This document shows positions 39,251 through 49,697 of a stretch of DNA of 64,000 nt, piece by piece. Numbering within the stretch: position 1 is the first letter of the stretch; each line of letters starts with the position of its first letter. Location of the stretch: positions 53,512-117,511 of the forward strand of contig CAVSQB010000002.1 in NCBI GenBank assembly GCA_963729895.1, read 5' to 3'. The DNA is from an uncultured Fibrobacterota bacterium. Lineage in GTDB: Bacteria > Fibrobacterota > Chitinivibrionia > Chitinivibrionales > FEN-1185. Position numbers and translations under genes: made by a program. Below the pieces are notes generated by a model. It was not told the DNA's origin, did no database searches, and saw only the letters and a program-made list of their open reading frames with translations.

Positions 39251-40417
39251 TTACCTGATTGTAAACCTTTGCTCAACCGTCGCAGCTCGGGAACGAATTC
39301 GCGCCACATAAATCCCGGCACGGCTCCCCGGCTTCCAATTGACGGAATAGGTGCCGCCGCCCTTGTTGAAAACGGCGGACGCATACACCTGTTTTCCGCT
39401 GAGCGAAAATACGGCGACGTTATAATCTCCGTCCCCGTTCCTTCCGTTGAAGACGATCAAAACATCGGACTTGCTCTTTGTGATACCGACGATCTTGAGG
39501 GAAGACGCTGGGGAACTGAAAACGGAATTGTGCGTCGAAGTAGGAACATAGTCGGCGAGCTTGCATACTACCTTGAGGGTGCATCCTGGTTCGGCAGAGA
39601 ACGGACCGAAGCTGTCTGCGGACACCGTTGGAAATGAAAATGTCTTTTGGTCCGCTGAAACAAGCGAGGGCAAGATGAAATTGCCGTTGGAGTCCGTTTG
39701 AATTGTACACGACAGCGCGGCGCCGTAGCAATACGAGCAGCAGGCATAACTTACCGTGACATTCGTGAGAGGCTGGCTGTCCTTGTCGCAGACAAAACCT
39801 TTTATGACACCAAAGGTGCCTGCCGTGGTATTTGCAAACCCGATGGAAGGAGAATCACTCTTGCACCACATGACATAATCGCCGAGATTGTACCCCTGAA
39901 TCATAACCGCCTCCTGATAAGCCACCATGGATTGGGTCGGCTTGAGGCCTTTATCGATTATGCATTGCCACACAACGCCTGCGGTGTCCTGCGGGGGAAG
40001 CGTGTCGGCGGGATTCGAAGCACGCTCGTAATCGAAATGGAGTCTTACCGTATCACCTGGACGGAAAACAAGTGAAGATGGCTCCATAGGATGCGGTGGC
40101 TTTGTCAAGAGGCTGTCGTAGTCTTTGGGTGTGATAACCGCATACCCATTACTGGATACCTTTACTTCCGGACGAAGAGCAGAAGGCACATTCTTATAGA
40201 CAAGTGAAAATTGGTCGGTCAACGAATCTGCCGTTAGTGCCGTCTTTTGAAACAAATTGTTGTAAAGCACCTCAATCTTCCAGTGCGCCGAGTCCGTAAC
40301 CTGGACCTCCGAAAGCACAAGGTATGCGCCCGGAGGATTGGGGTTTGCCCTGATCGAAGCAACCGAAAGAAGGACCAGAGAACATGCTACGGCAAAACGT
40401 CCCTTGATTAATCGCAT
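39251..40417 (-). CDS. Secreted paralog 2 with T9SS-like CTD
   Basis: GGGGG RBS; signal peptide then NP; LSEVQVTDSAHW, WQCIIDKGLKPTQSM, GVIKGFVCDKDSQP, VFSLSGK..W..GIYVARI. Confidence 0.82.
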   Translation of the reverse strand: MRLIKGRFAVACSLVLLSVASIRANPNPPGAYLVLSEVQVTDSAHWKIEVLYNNLFQKTALTADSLTDQFSLVYKNVPSALRPEVKVSSNGYAVITPKDYDSLLTKPPHPMEPSSLVFRPGDTVRLHFDYERASNPADTLPPQDTAGVVWQCIIDKGLKPTQSMVAYQEAVMIQGYNLGDYVMWCKSDSPSIGFANTTAGTFGVIKGFVCDKDSQPLTNVTVSYACCSYCYGAALSCTIQTDSNGNFILPSLVSADQKTFSFPTVSADSFGPFSAEPGCTLKVVCKLADYVPTSTHNSVFSSPASSLKIVGITKSKSDVLIVFNGRNGDGDYNVAVFSLSGKQVYASAVFNKGGGTYSVNWKPGSRAGIYVARIRSRAATVEQRFTIR

Positions 40418-40604
40418 TGCATCCCCCTTTGAAAAATAACGCCCCGTACGGTAGGAGATTGTTTCAAAGCAACAGGACTTGCCATACGGTAATATATGAT
40501 GCAATAGTCAACAAGTGCAAACTTTTTTCTTTCCGCCGGGAGAGTATCGTTTCCACGGATGCCGGAAGAACGGCAACCGGTTTCAGCATGCATAATCCGT
40601 CGTA

Positions 40605-41696
40605 TCACCTCAAGAAAAATTTCCTTTCGACATTCCCATCCGCCGACCTGATGCGCGCGATGTATTGGCCTGCATGCGCGCCGTTCCAGGCAACGGAATA
40701 TGTCCCGCTGCCGGAGTTTGAAATCGTGGTGGAGTACATCTTTTTTCCACTGAGCGAAAATACGGCCAGGTTGTAGTCTCCAGAGCTGTTGCTTCCGTTG
40801 AAGATAATCAAAACATCGGATTTGCTCTTTGTGATCCCAACGACCTTCAGGGAAAACGCCGCAAAACTATGGACCGGATTATGCGCCGAAGAAGGAGCAT
40901 AATCGGTGAGTTTGCAGACGACGTTAAGGGTGCATGCTGGTTCCACCGAAAAGGGTCCAAAGGTCTTTGAAGATCTTCCGGGGAACGAAAAAGTAACTGC
41001 ATTGAATGAAAACAGATTCCGGACATAGAAATACCCGCTGTCGTTTGTCGGCATGGAATCATAGGGGGACATTGCATATATGATCGTAGGATTCGGTTCA
41101 ACATACGCCGCCCATATATTCGGAATGGGATTACTGTCCTTATCGCACACAAAAGCCCGGATGACGCCAAAAACGCCGCTTGAGTCGTTTGGAAATCCGA
41201 GAGTGGGAGATGCGTCTTTACACCATTGAACATACAAGCCTACTCCCGCGGCATAAATGGTGTCGTGAAATTGATATGCTGCCATTGATTGCGTCGGTTT
41301 GAGGGTCTTGTCTATCGCGCAATGCCACGTTTCGCCGAGGGTGTCCCAGGCATCTCCGGAATCGTATCGAAGATTGACCGTGTCTCCGGGATGCATCTGC
41401 AGGTTAGGATACATTGACGGTGTGATCAGTGCGTAACCGTTCTCTTTTACGGGTACCGCCGGACGATAGTCGGGATCAAACCCTTTGCCAACAAGGAAAT
41501 ACTTACTGGTCACCGAGTCGAGCGGGGCATTGACCGCGACAAACTCCACGGTCCAATGAACCGAGTCAACAATTTGAATCTCGGATAGACGCACGAATGC
41601 GGTCGGCGCAACTGGATTCGCAAAAATCGCAGTGAACCCAAACATCACCGCAGCCGTCATCAAAACAGGAGCAAGAAACAATCTCCGCATTCGCAT
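40605..41696 (-). CDS. Secreted paralog 1 with T9SS-like CTD
   Basis: GGAGG RBS; signal peptide then NP; LSEIQIVDSVHW, WHCAIDKTLKPTQSM, GVIRAFVCDKDSNP, VFSLSGK..W..GQYIARI. Confidence 0.82.
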   Translation of the reverse strand: MRMRRLFLAPVLMTAAVMFGFTAIFANPVAPTAFVRLSEIQIVDSVHWTVEFVAVNAPLDSVTSKYFLVGKGFDPDYRPAVPVKENGYALITPSMYPNLQMHPGDTVNLRYDSGDAWDTLGETWHCAIDKTLKPTQSMAAYQFHDTIYAAGVGLYVQWCKDASPTLGFPNDSSGVFGVIRAFVCDKDSNPIPNIWAAYVEPNPTIIYAMSPYDSMPTNDSGYFYVRNLFSFNAVTFSFPGRSSKTFGPFSVEPACTLNVVCKLTDYAPSSAHNPVHSFAAFSLKVVGITKSKSDVLIIFNGSNSSGDYNLAVFSLSGKKMYSTTISNSGSGTYSVAWNGAHAGQYIARIRSADGNVERKFFLR

Positions 41697-42048
41697 TGTC
41701 ACCTCCCCTGGTTTCCTCTATCGGGACAGAAAAGTTCTTCCCGCTTGTCGAATTCTCAGGCGGCTTCCCCACTAATATAATCAACCATCAAACCCCATTC
41801 CGGGATTATTTATTGCCTTTTGAAAAAAGCGTTTTCTGGCAGAAAACTGCTCGATGGTTCTCTTCAAGATTTCTATGGCTGAGGTCGGTCGCCCTGAAGG
41901 CTAACCATTTTTCGCGTGGGAGCACCCGCTCCTATTGCCCAAATTGCCAAGAACCTGCCTGAACGTTATAATTGTAGAGACGGACAGCAAACACTGTTCC
42001 GATTCGTTTGCCGGCATACGTGACATACTTTACCAGGGGGGAAAAACC

Positions 42049-43866
42049 ATGAAGCCCTTCAAATTCGGCATGATTGCAGCGGTACTCTGCGCATTATGGA
42101 TGTGCACAAAACCGGAAGCCGCAACCGTCACGGCCGCGAGTTGTTCGGATTCCGACGTGCAGGCGGCGATTAACGCTGCGCAGGACGGTGACACGGTGGC
42201 CGTTCCAAAGGGGACCTGCACCTGGACCGCCACGGTGAGTGTCGCTACTCAGACGGCATGGACCCCGCCCGCGTTCAACACCAAGGCGCTTACGATCCGG
42301 GGCGCGGGCGCGGACAGCACAACGATCATCGACGACATCCCCACGCCCCCGTCGGGCAATCCCAGGGGCACCATGCTCAGCATTGCCACCAAGCTGGGAG
42401 GGCTCACGCGCGTTACCGGCATGACCTTCAACAGTTCCGTCTACACTAACCTTGATTCTCTTGTATACAACCCCGCCATGATTTCAATCGGAGGCTACTC
42501 GCACACCTGGCGCATCGACCACATGCATTTTATCGTGGAAGTCGGGAACGGGATATCCACCGACGGATCAATATACGGCGTTATCGACCACAATACCTTT
42601 GACCTGATCGGCTGGCATTTCGGCATGTACATATTCCATCCGAACTGGAACGGCCAGGAGAACGGCGACGGCTCATGGGCCGACTCCCAGTACGCCGGCA
42701 CCGAAAAGGCGGTGTTTATCGAGGACAATGTCTTTACTGCAACGCCCTACAGCGTGGCAATCGACGGCTGGAGCGGCGGCAGGGCCGTGTTCCGTCACAA
42801 CACACTTCTCAACGCAACCATCAGCAATCACGGCACTGACTCGCCCGGACGGCTGCGAAGCATGCGGACAATGGAAATCTACAACAACACGGTTACCCTT
42901 AATGACTCGGCTGAATATTACTACGTGGGCCAGCTTCGGGGCGGAACGTTTATCATCTTCAACAACACCATCACGAACAATTTCCCCGGTGCGTTTTCAA
43001 TAGAGAATTACCGCGACTACGACACATTCGATCCGTGGGGAAAATGCGACGGCACGAGCCCGTTTGACGTCAACGACGGCGTCACCTACGATTCGGGCGT
43101 GTGCACGGGCGTAAACGGAAGCAAAACCATGACCTGTGCAGGAAGGGCATGGACGCCCAACCAATGGCAGGGATACCATGTGCATAATATGACAAAAAGC
43201 CAGAGCGACCTGATTATTTCCAACTCAGCCGATACGCTCGTCTCGAGCGGCCTTACCTGGCATGCACCCGTATTGACCTGGAACGGCGGAGACGTTTTCA
43301 GAATCCTGAGGGCCACCGTCTGCATAGACCAGCGAGGCCGGGGAATGGGAGACCTGATCACGGGAGACGAGCCTCCGTATGGAACGGGCATAACGCCGCA
43401 AGCATGGCCCCATCAGGCCCTCGAACCCACCTATGCGTGGAACAATACCGTCAACGGCAGCGCAGACCTGGCTAAAATCACGAGTACCAACCCGTGGCGC
43501 ATCAAGGAAGGCCGGGATTTCTTCAACAGTTCCATGCCCGGCTACACGCCTTACATTTATCCGCACCCGCTCGCGGGCGGTAACGGCAATGCGGTAAAGC
43601 AAGCCGTGTTCAATTTGGCTGTGCCGGCCGGCTGTGTGCGGCTGGTCAGCGTTTCGCACAACCAGGCGATCATCGGCGTTTCCCTGCGAAACCAGGCGCC
43701 TTATTGCATAGAAATCTGCAATGCACAAGGGCAAAAGGTCTGGGAAGCCCGGGCCGGAATGCTGGGGCGTACGGTCAGCTGGCGCTTTAGCGGAAACGGA
43801 GTGTACGTGGTAAAGGCGACGAGCGCGAATGAGACGATAAGCGCAAGGTTTGTACTACTAAGGTAG
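42049..43866 (-). other. See plus-strand CDS call at the same coordinates (no minus-strand gene supported)
   Basis: Only short minus-strand ORFs without recognisable motifs overlap this gene. Confidence 0.1.
42049..43866 (+). CDS. Secreted right-handed beta-helix (pectin lyase-like fold) protein with T9SS-like CTD
   Basis: Signal peptide; VQAAINAAQDGDTVAVPKGT start; repeated (I/V)DHN, IEDN, FRHN, IYNN strands; C-terminal ICNAQGQKV..W..GVYVVK. Confidence 0.8.
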   Translation: MKPFKFGMIAAVLCALWMCTKPEAATVTAASCSDSDVQAAINAAQDGDTVAVPKGTCTWTATVSVATQTAWTPPAFNTKALTIRGAGADSTTIIDDIPTPPSGNPRGTMLSIATKLGGLTRVTGMTFNSSVYTNLDSLVYNPAMISIGGYSHTWRIDHMHFIVEVGNGISTDGSIYGVIDHNTFDLIGWHFGMYIFHPNWNGQENGDGSWADSQYAGTEKAVFIEDNVFTATPYSVAIDGWSGGRAVFRHNTLLNATISNHGTDSPGRLRSMRTMEIYNNTVTLNDSAEYYYVGQLRGGTFIIFNNTITNNFPGAFSIENYRDYDTFDPWGKCDGTSPFDVNDGVTYDSGVCTGVNGSKTMTCAGRAWTPNQWQGYHVHNMTKSQSDLIISNSADTLVSSGLTWHAPVLTWNGGDVFRILRATVCIDQRGRGMGDLITGDEPPYGTGITPQAWPHQALEPTYAWNNTVNGSADLAKITSTNPWRIKEGRDFFNSSMPGYTPYIYPHPLAGGNGNAVKQAVFNLAVPAGCVRLVSVSHNQAIIGVSLRNQAPYCIEICNAQGQKVWEARAGMLGRTVSWRFSGNGVYVVKATSANETISARFVLLR

Positions 43867-43919
43867 ATCAGCAATTTGTATCTGTCAAGTTTGATGAGGC
43901 ACAAAACGTTCGCCCGTTC

Positions 43920-45689
43920 TCACGTATGCTCCACAACCTTGATATGCAGCTCCCGCAGTTGCTTCTGCGAAACGGTTGCCGGCGCATTCATCAAAAGGTC
44001 CTGCGCACGTTGGTTCATGGGAAACGCGATAATTTCGCGAATGTTCGCCTCGTCGGCAAGAAGCATCACGATGCGGTCGACCCCCGGAGCAATGCCGCCG
44101 TGCGGCGGCGCGCCGAGCTTGAACGCGCGGATCATGGCGCCGAACCGTTCGTCCACGGTCTGGCGCGGATAGCCGGCGATTTCAAACGCCCGGTACATGA
44201 TTTCCGGCTGGTGGTTGCGAATGGCGCCGCTCGACAATTCTATGCCGTTGCACACGATGTCGTACTGAAACGCAAGGATGTCCAGTGGTTCCTTTGTGTT
44301 AAGCGCGTCCATGCCGCCCTGGGGCATGGAAAACGGGTTGTGCGAAAACGCGACGCATTTGTTTTCCTCGTCCCACTCGTACATGGGAAAATCCACGATC
44401 CAGCAGAACTTGAACACGCCCTCGTCGATCATGCCCAGGTCTTTGCCCAGCTTGAGCCGCAATTCGCTGCACAGTTTGTTGGTGGTCTGCGGCGCGTCGC
44501 AGATGAAGAAGACGACGTCGCCAGTCGACACCCCGCACAGCGACTCGATCCTTTTCAATTCCTCAGGCGTCAGGAACTTCATGAGCGGACCCTTTACTCC
44601 TGCCTCAAGCCACTGCAGGTAAGCAAGCCCCTTTGCCCCTATTGACGTTGCATGGTCCACGAGTTTGTCAAAGAAGTTCCTCGGCTTTGTCGCGATGCCT
44701 TTTACGGGGATCGCGCGCACGACCGCGCCGCCTTCGATTGCGCCCCTGAACACCTTGAATCCCGAAACACCGAAAATATCCGTGCAATCGCGCATCTCGA
44801 TGGGGATTCTCAGGTCAGGCTTGTCGGTGCCGTACTTGATCATCGATTCCCTGTACGGAATGCGGGCAAACGGCGGCGCATCCATTTTCTTCTGCGAGAA
44901 TTCGGTGAAAATGCCGAGGATCAGGTTCTCAACCGCCTTAAAAATATCGTCCTGGTTTACAAAGGACATCTCGATGTCGAGCTGGTAGAATTCACCGGGA
45001 GACCGGTCGGCCCGCGCGTCCTCGTCTCGAAAACACGGCGCGATCTGGAAATACCGGTCGAACCCGGAAATCATGAGCAGCTGTTTGAACTGCTGCGGCG
45101 CCTGCGGAAGCGCGTAGAACTTCCCCGGATGAATCCGCGACGGAACAAGGTAGTCGCGCGCGCCCTCGGGCGAGGAGCTCGTGAGAATGGGCGTCTGGAA
45201 TTCCTTGAACCCCATCTCCCACATGCGACGCCGCATGCTCGCGATCACGTCCGACCGCAGGATGATGTTGCGGTGCAGTTTACTTCTACGAAGATCGAGG
45301 AACCGGTAGGCCAGCCGAAGGTCTTCGGGCGCATCGTCTTCGGGAAACACGTTCAGCGGCAGCGCCTCGCACGTGCCGAGCACCTGGTAGGAATCGGCCG
45401 CAACCTCTATCTCGCCCGTAGGAAGTTTCGGGTTGACGTTCTCCTCAGACCTAAACGCCACCTTTCCCCCGAAGCGGACCACGGTTTCCTTGGGAAGACG
45501 CGACACTTCATCGAGAAACGGGACTGCCGGGTACACCACCACCTGGGTGACGCCGAAGTTGTCGCGTAAATCAATGAACAGCACGCCTCCATGATCGCGA
45601 CGGGAATGGATCCAGCCCGCCAGGAAGACATTTGCGCTGATGTCCGTTTTCCGCAGCTCGCAGCATGTGTGGGTTCTGTACTGTTCCAT
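43920..45689 (-). CDS. aspS: Aspartate--tRNA ligase, probably non-discriminating (Asp/Asn)
   Basis: YRTHTC, RRDHGG (His typical of non-discriminating AspRS), [43 protein letters not shown]; start ATG 45689. Confidence 0.96.
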   Translation of the reverse strand: MEQYRTHTCCELRKTDISANVFLAGWIHSRRDHGGVLFIDLRDNFGVTQVVVYPAVPFLDEVSRLPKETVVRFGGKVAFRSEENVNPKLPTGEIEVAADSYQVLGTCEALPLNVFPEDDAPEDLRLAYRFLDLRRSKLHRNIILRSDVIASMRRRMWEMGFKEFQTPILTSSSPEGARDYLVPSRIHPGKFYALPQAPQQFKQLLMISGFDRYFQIAPCFRDEDARADRSPGEFYQLDIEMSFVNQDDIFKAVENLILGIFTEFSQKKMDAPPFARIPYRESMIKYGTDKPDLRIPIEMRDCTDIFGVSGFKVFRGAIEGGAVVRAIPVKGIATKPRNFFDKLVDHATSIGAKGLAYLQWLEAGVKGPLMKFLTPEELKRIESLCGVSTGDVVFFICDAPQTTNKLCSELRLKLGKDLGMIDEGVFKFCWIVDFPMYEWDEENKCVAFSHNPFSMPQGGMDALNTKEPLDILAFQYDIVCNGIELSSGAIRNHQPEIMYRAFEIAGYPRQTVDERFGAMIRAFKLGAPPHGGIAPGVDRIVMLLADEANIREIIAFPMNQRAQDLLMNAPATVSQKQLRELHIKVVEHT

Positions 45690-45821
45690 TGCAAAGACCT
45701 TTTCTGGAAAAGTTGATATGACGCAATCTTGTAAAATACTATCCCCGCGGGCGGTTAGTTTTGGCGATAAGATAATATGGTTTGCAATTCCGAGTGGTTC
45801 CAGAAATCTTAAGAGAGACCG

Positions 45822-46252
45822 TTGGGCGTTCCCCTCGCTGCGCTCGGGTCGGTTCTCCTTCCAGCTCGGCCTTCGGCCTCGTTGCTGCCTGCCACGAAGC
45901 GCGTTGTCTCGATACGTCGCTCCCCGAGTGTCCCGCGGGGATGTATCGAGGGGAGCGGCACTCGACAACCGCGCCGTGGTCGGCCGGCACTGCGCTTTGG
46001 CGCACCTTTCAGTCCGGCCTGACGCTTGGCAGAAGGCAATGTTACCAATTGTCAAGTATAGATCGAGTTTCTGATGGTTGAAAAGTTAACGAGTTGGTTC
46101 GGTTGAGAATTCTGTAACCGGTGCCGCCACGGTGCGCGCAGCGAGTGGTTCGAGCTTGCAACGGGTACACCTACGCCGCACCGGCTCAGCACAAAAAAAT
46201 ACTATCTTGATTTGGCTGCACAGGCTCAGCAATCCATCATACTATCTTGATA
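45822..46252. repeat. Structured intergenic repeat, copy 2
   Basis: Homologous to 36032-36467 along its length; 5' end identical over 31 bp to copy 0; between TatD and aspS. Confidence 0.92.
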
Positions 46253-46324
46253 TTGCATGCAGAGGCATAGCGCGCGACGCCTCCACATTCAAGGCCAATG
46301 GGATACTTCCCCCGCAAAATATCT

Positions 46325-47125
46325 TCAAACATTCTGCGGCCTCCCGCCAAAAACTCTCGACGCATTTCGATAAGTCAATTCCGCAACGTCCCGTACCGTA
46401 ACGCCGAGCAGCTCCGCCGCCGCCCGGGCTACGGCCGTGATATTCGCGGGCTCGTTGACGGGTGCGGCGCAGCCGTGCGGCACGATGTCCGGGCTGTCCG
46501 TTTCCAGGCACAGGCGGCCGGGAGAAACCGCGGCCACCGAGGCGCGCGCCCTTTTACTTCCGGAAAACGTGATGGAGCCGGAAAAAGAGATGGAAAGGCC
46601 GAATCTTTCCAGTGTTTTCACAAGGTCGGGAGGCCCCGAATACGAATGAACAATGCCTCCCTGCAAAATCCCTCCCGACAGCCTGATCAGCTCGATAAGC
46701 CTGCCGAATGCCCGCCTGCAGTGTATGGTCACGGGCCTGCAGTATTCAGCCGCGATTGCCAGCTGCCTGGAAAACGCCGATTCCTGATCGCCGAACGTGG
46801 ATGCGTCGAGCGCGTGGTCGAGCCCGATCTCGCCCACCCCCGCGCCGGGCGTTTCCTTAAGGAGGGCGGCGAGCGCATCTGCCCATTCCCCGGTCCGCTC
46901 GCCAACATACCATGGATGAAGCCCGAACGACGGAAGCACTGCACCGTTCGATTGCGCCAGCCGCTTTACCTCAGGCCAATCCGATTCACAGCTTCCGCAG
47001 CATGACATGGCCGTCACCCCGGCGTTCCGTGCCCGCAAAAGCACCCCGGAAAGGTCCGCCCTCACACGAGGGTCCTGGAGATGACAATGCGCGTCGAAGA
47101 AAGAAATTCCGGCAGGATCTTCCAC
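46325..47125 (-). CDS. TatD-family hydrolase
   Basis: FDAHCHL, FGLHPW, VGEIGLD, TIHCRRA, VHSYSG, LETDSPD, NEPANI; GTG start at 47125 inferred. Confidence 0.92.
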   Translation of the reverse strand: MEDPAGISFFDAHCHLQDPRVRADLSGVLLRARNAGVTAMSCCGSCESDWPEVKRLAQSNGAVLPSFGLHPWYVGERTGEWADALAALLKETPGAGVGEIGLDHALDASTFGDQESAFSRQLAIAAEYCRPVTIHCRRAFGRLIELIRLSGGILQGGIVHSYSGPPDLVKTLERFGLSISFSGSITFSGSKRARASVAAVSPGRLCLETDSPDIVPHGCAAPVNEPANITAVARAAAELLGVTVRDVAELTYRNASRVFGGRPQNV

Positions 47126-47144
47126 GAAAAGCCTCGGGGCGACG

Positions 47145-47585
47145 TCACCCAATGTCAAGAACATGCTTGAGCCACGCCTGCGCGATGAGCGCGTGCCCCG
47201 CCGCCGTGGGGTGAACGCCGTCTTCTGCCCAATATCCCGGCTTTGCGCGCTGCGCAGCCGCGGCGAATCCGGCCGTCGTTGTCGTCTCACCGCTGTCGAA
47301 ACGCCGCCAGGTGTCATTGACGCCCACGAGTATGGAAACAAGCCAGGGACGCAGGGACAGCGCATCTCTGCTCCACCGCCCGGCCAAGTCGGACACCCTG
47401 TCGCCGGACAGGCCCCTGTTGATAAATGATATTGCACGTTCGGGGAACTTCGCAGCCACCCACGATGAAAGGAAAAAGGCGTACCCTCGCCCCAAGGGGC
47501 CGTACTGGTGCGCCCGCCTGCCGCAGTCGGTGATACTGTCGCCGGTCAACAGGATGGTAGCGCCCTGCACGAGGGTCACCGGCAT
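47145..47585 (-). pseudogene. SGNH/GDSL hydrolase with an apparent internal in-frame deletion
   Basis: GDSITD, NRGLSG, GVND and DGVHP all present in only 146 aa; only about 30 residues separate GVND from DGVH. Confidence 0.7.
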
Positions 47586-47655
47586 GCTCGTCTCCTCGGG
47601 TTTCGTGTACCGGTCCCGGCCGCGGCGCTCCGGATCCACGGCATCTCTGCCCTGT

Positions 47656-48030
47656 TCAGGGTGGGCAGATTTTCCTGATGCAATCGCCAAAATCATCAAG
47701 TGAGAAAGGTTTCCTCAGGATGGGAATTTTGGCTGTATCCGGGTCGGCGGAAGTACGGCCGAGGACGTCCTCGAGAATTACCACTTTGCCGAGGTAGCCG
47801 GGAAACTCGGATCTCAGTATCGAAACAAGTGCGTCTCGCGAGCCTCCGGCAAGGTTCGAAGCGGTAATGACCAGATCGTACGGCGGCTGTGCGGACCCCA
47901 GCCGTACACGGAGTCCATCCACATCGAGCGCTCGATCGACCGTCACGTCCTTGAAGTTGATGAGAAGAATGTCATTCACCAGTTCGTGAACATCGAGATT
48001 GTCATCCGCAACAAGCACTCTCACCGGCAT
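47656..48030 (-). CDS. Single-domain receiver-like protein lacking the phospho-acceptor Asp
   Basis: VLVADD and LRKPF present; YDLVITA where DLVITD is expected. Confidence 0.75.
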   Translation of the reverse strand: MPVRVLVADDNLDVHELVNDILLINFKDVTVDRALDVDGLRVRLGSAQPPYDLVITASNLAGGSRDALVSILRSEFPGYLGKVVILEDVLGRTSADPDTAKIPILRKPFSLDDFGDCIRKICPP

Positions 48031-48230
48031 CTGGCTGTCTCCGCAGAATTTTTTTCTCCCGCACAAAGGCTTTCTAAAATACATTCCTCACGGGAAACCG
48101 CCACAAAAATATCGGCGGCCGTTGGGAGTGATATGGCGGGAAGGTCTCGTCGACCCGGCGATACGCGGTTGCGGAACGCCATGGTTCGTTTCCCCTTGAA
48201 ATAAGGCTGAACACATGGTAATTTAACAGT

Positions 48231-48593
48231 ATGAAACGGATTTCAACGCTTGGCAGTCTGGCGGTTTCGGCAAGCACGGCCGTGCTTGTGCTCGCTCTGT
48301 CGTCGCACGGTGTTGAGGACAAAAAGTCTCAATCGTCAAAGACCACCGAAAAAGGCAAGGCCGCCGTCCAGAGAATTATATTCGAGGAACAGAAAATCGA
48401 AGGTAAAATCCGCCGGCCTCAGCTGGTCCTCATCAAGGCCGATCAGCGGCCGAATTTTCCTCCCATGCTGATGCAAAGCGTTGGAAAAAACGAAAACGTC
48501 GCTTCGTTCGTGGATCCCGCCGTTATCGAATGCACCACCTATCAAAATGCTTTCCAGTTTCAGGGCACTGCCATCATCAATTACGCGCCCTAG
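48231..48593 (+). CDS. Small secreted protein, possibly CglF/GltF-like
   Basis: Signal peptide; IIFEEQKIEGKIRRP recalls the F....IEG....P motif of myxobacterial CglF/GltF. Resemblance only. Confidence 0.55.
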   Translation: MKRISTLGSLAVSASTAVLVLALSSHGVEDKKSQSSKTTEKGKAAVQRIIFEEQKIEGKIRRPQLVLIKADQRPNFPPMLMQSVGKNENVASFVDPAVIECTTYQNAFQFQGTAIINYAP

Positions 48594-49606
48594 TATCCAG
48601 TCTCCATTTTCAGGACTATTGCGCCGGGAACCGCGCCTTGTCTGAGAGCCTGCAAGGCGGAATTCGCGTCCCGCAGACTGAAGACGGTCGTGTCCGTCTT
48701 GACCGGGACCCGCGGGGCGATGGAAAGCAGTTCCTCTCCGTCGCGCCGCGTGAGGTTTGCCACGCTCCGCACGGTCCGTTCGCCCCACAAAATCTCGTAG
48801 GGAAACGACGGAATGTCCGACATGTGAATGCCGCCGCACACGACAACGCCGCCTTTTGCGCAGGCCTTTAGCGCCGCCGGCACAAGCTGCCCGGCGGGCG
48901 CGAAAATTATCGCTGCGTCAAGTTCCACAGGAGGGGTCGCCGTTGAATCGCCGGCCCAGGACGCGCCGAGCCGCAGCGCAAATCCCTGCGTTTCCGAGTC
49001 GCCGGGCCTTGAAAACGCATACACGCGCTTTTTTTCGAACAAGGCAATTTGCGTAATGATGTGCGCTGCAGCGCCAAAGCCGTAGATGCCGATGTCCCGG
49101 GCGCTCCGGTGAATCATCCGGTAGGAACGAAACCCGATAAGCCCGGCGCACAAAAGCGGCGCGGCGGACACATCGTCGTACGCATCCGGCAGAGGGAAAC
49201 AATACTGTTCGCCGGCGGCTGCGTACTCCGCGTATCCGCCGTTGATCGTGTATCCTGTAAAGCGCGCGTTGTCGCACAGGTTCTCGCGGCCGCTTGTGCA
49301 ATAGCGGCAGACGCCGCACGTGTACCCCAGCCACGGAATGCCCACCCGGTCGCCGGGAGCGAACCGCGGCGTGGCTCCGCCGCACGCGACCACCGTGCCC
49401 GCGATCTCGTGTCCCGGAATGAGAGGCAGCGTGGGGGCCGCAAGTTCGCCGTCCAGAATATGCAGGTCGGTCCGGCACACGCCGCACGCCCCAACGCGAA
49501 CCAGGACCTGGCCCGGCCCGATGCGGGGAACCGGTATTTCCCTCTCGACAAGAGGGTGTCCCTGCTGTTCCAGCACCATTGCAGCCATTGCTGCGGGTAC
49601 GTCCAT
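48590..49606 (-). CDS. Zinc-dependent alcohol dehydrogenase family protein
   Basis: CGVCRTDLH, PGHEIAG, CGVCRYC..ENLC, APLLCAG, GIYGFGAAAH. Confidence 0.95.
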   Translation of the reverse strand: MDVPAAMAAMVLEQQGHPLVEREIPVPRIGPGQVLVRVGACGVCRTDLHILDGELAAPTLPLIPGHEIAGTVVACGGATPRFAPGDRVGIPWLGYTCGVCRYCTSGRENLCDNARFTGYTINGGYAEYAAAGEQYCFPLPDAYDDVSAAPLLCAGLIGFRSYRMIHRSARDIGIYGFGAAAHIITQIALFEKKRVYAFSRPGDSETQGFALRLGASWAGDSTATPPVELDAAIIFAPAGQLVPAALKACAKGGVVVCGGIHMSDIPSFPYEILWGERTVRSVANLTRRDGEELLSIAPRVPVKTDTTVFSLRDANSALQALRQGAVPGAIVLKMETGY

Positions 49607-49697
49607 GGAAAACCGGCCCCTTTGCCTTCGGCAGACGCTCGTTCGTCAAAACCGTATTCGGCGCAGCAATCGATCGTTGCAGCACCCCATTACTCTA

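Noticed and set aside
45690..46055. 122-codon N-terminal extension of aspS in the ORF track (711 aa)
   Set aside because: It runs through the non-coding repeat; AspS homology begins at MEQYRTH (ATG 45689).
45822..46252. T-box or riboswitch leader for aspS
   Set aside because: No T-box consensus seen, and the same element occurs at unrelated, convergent loci.
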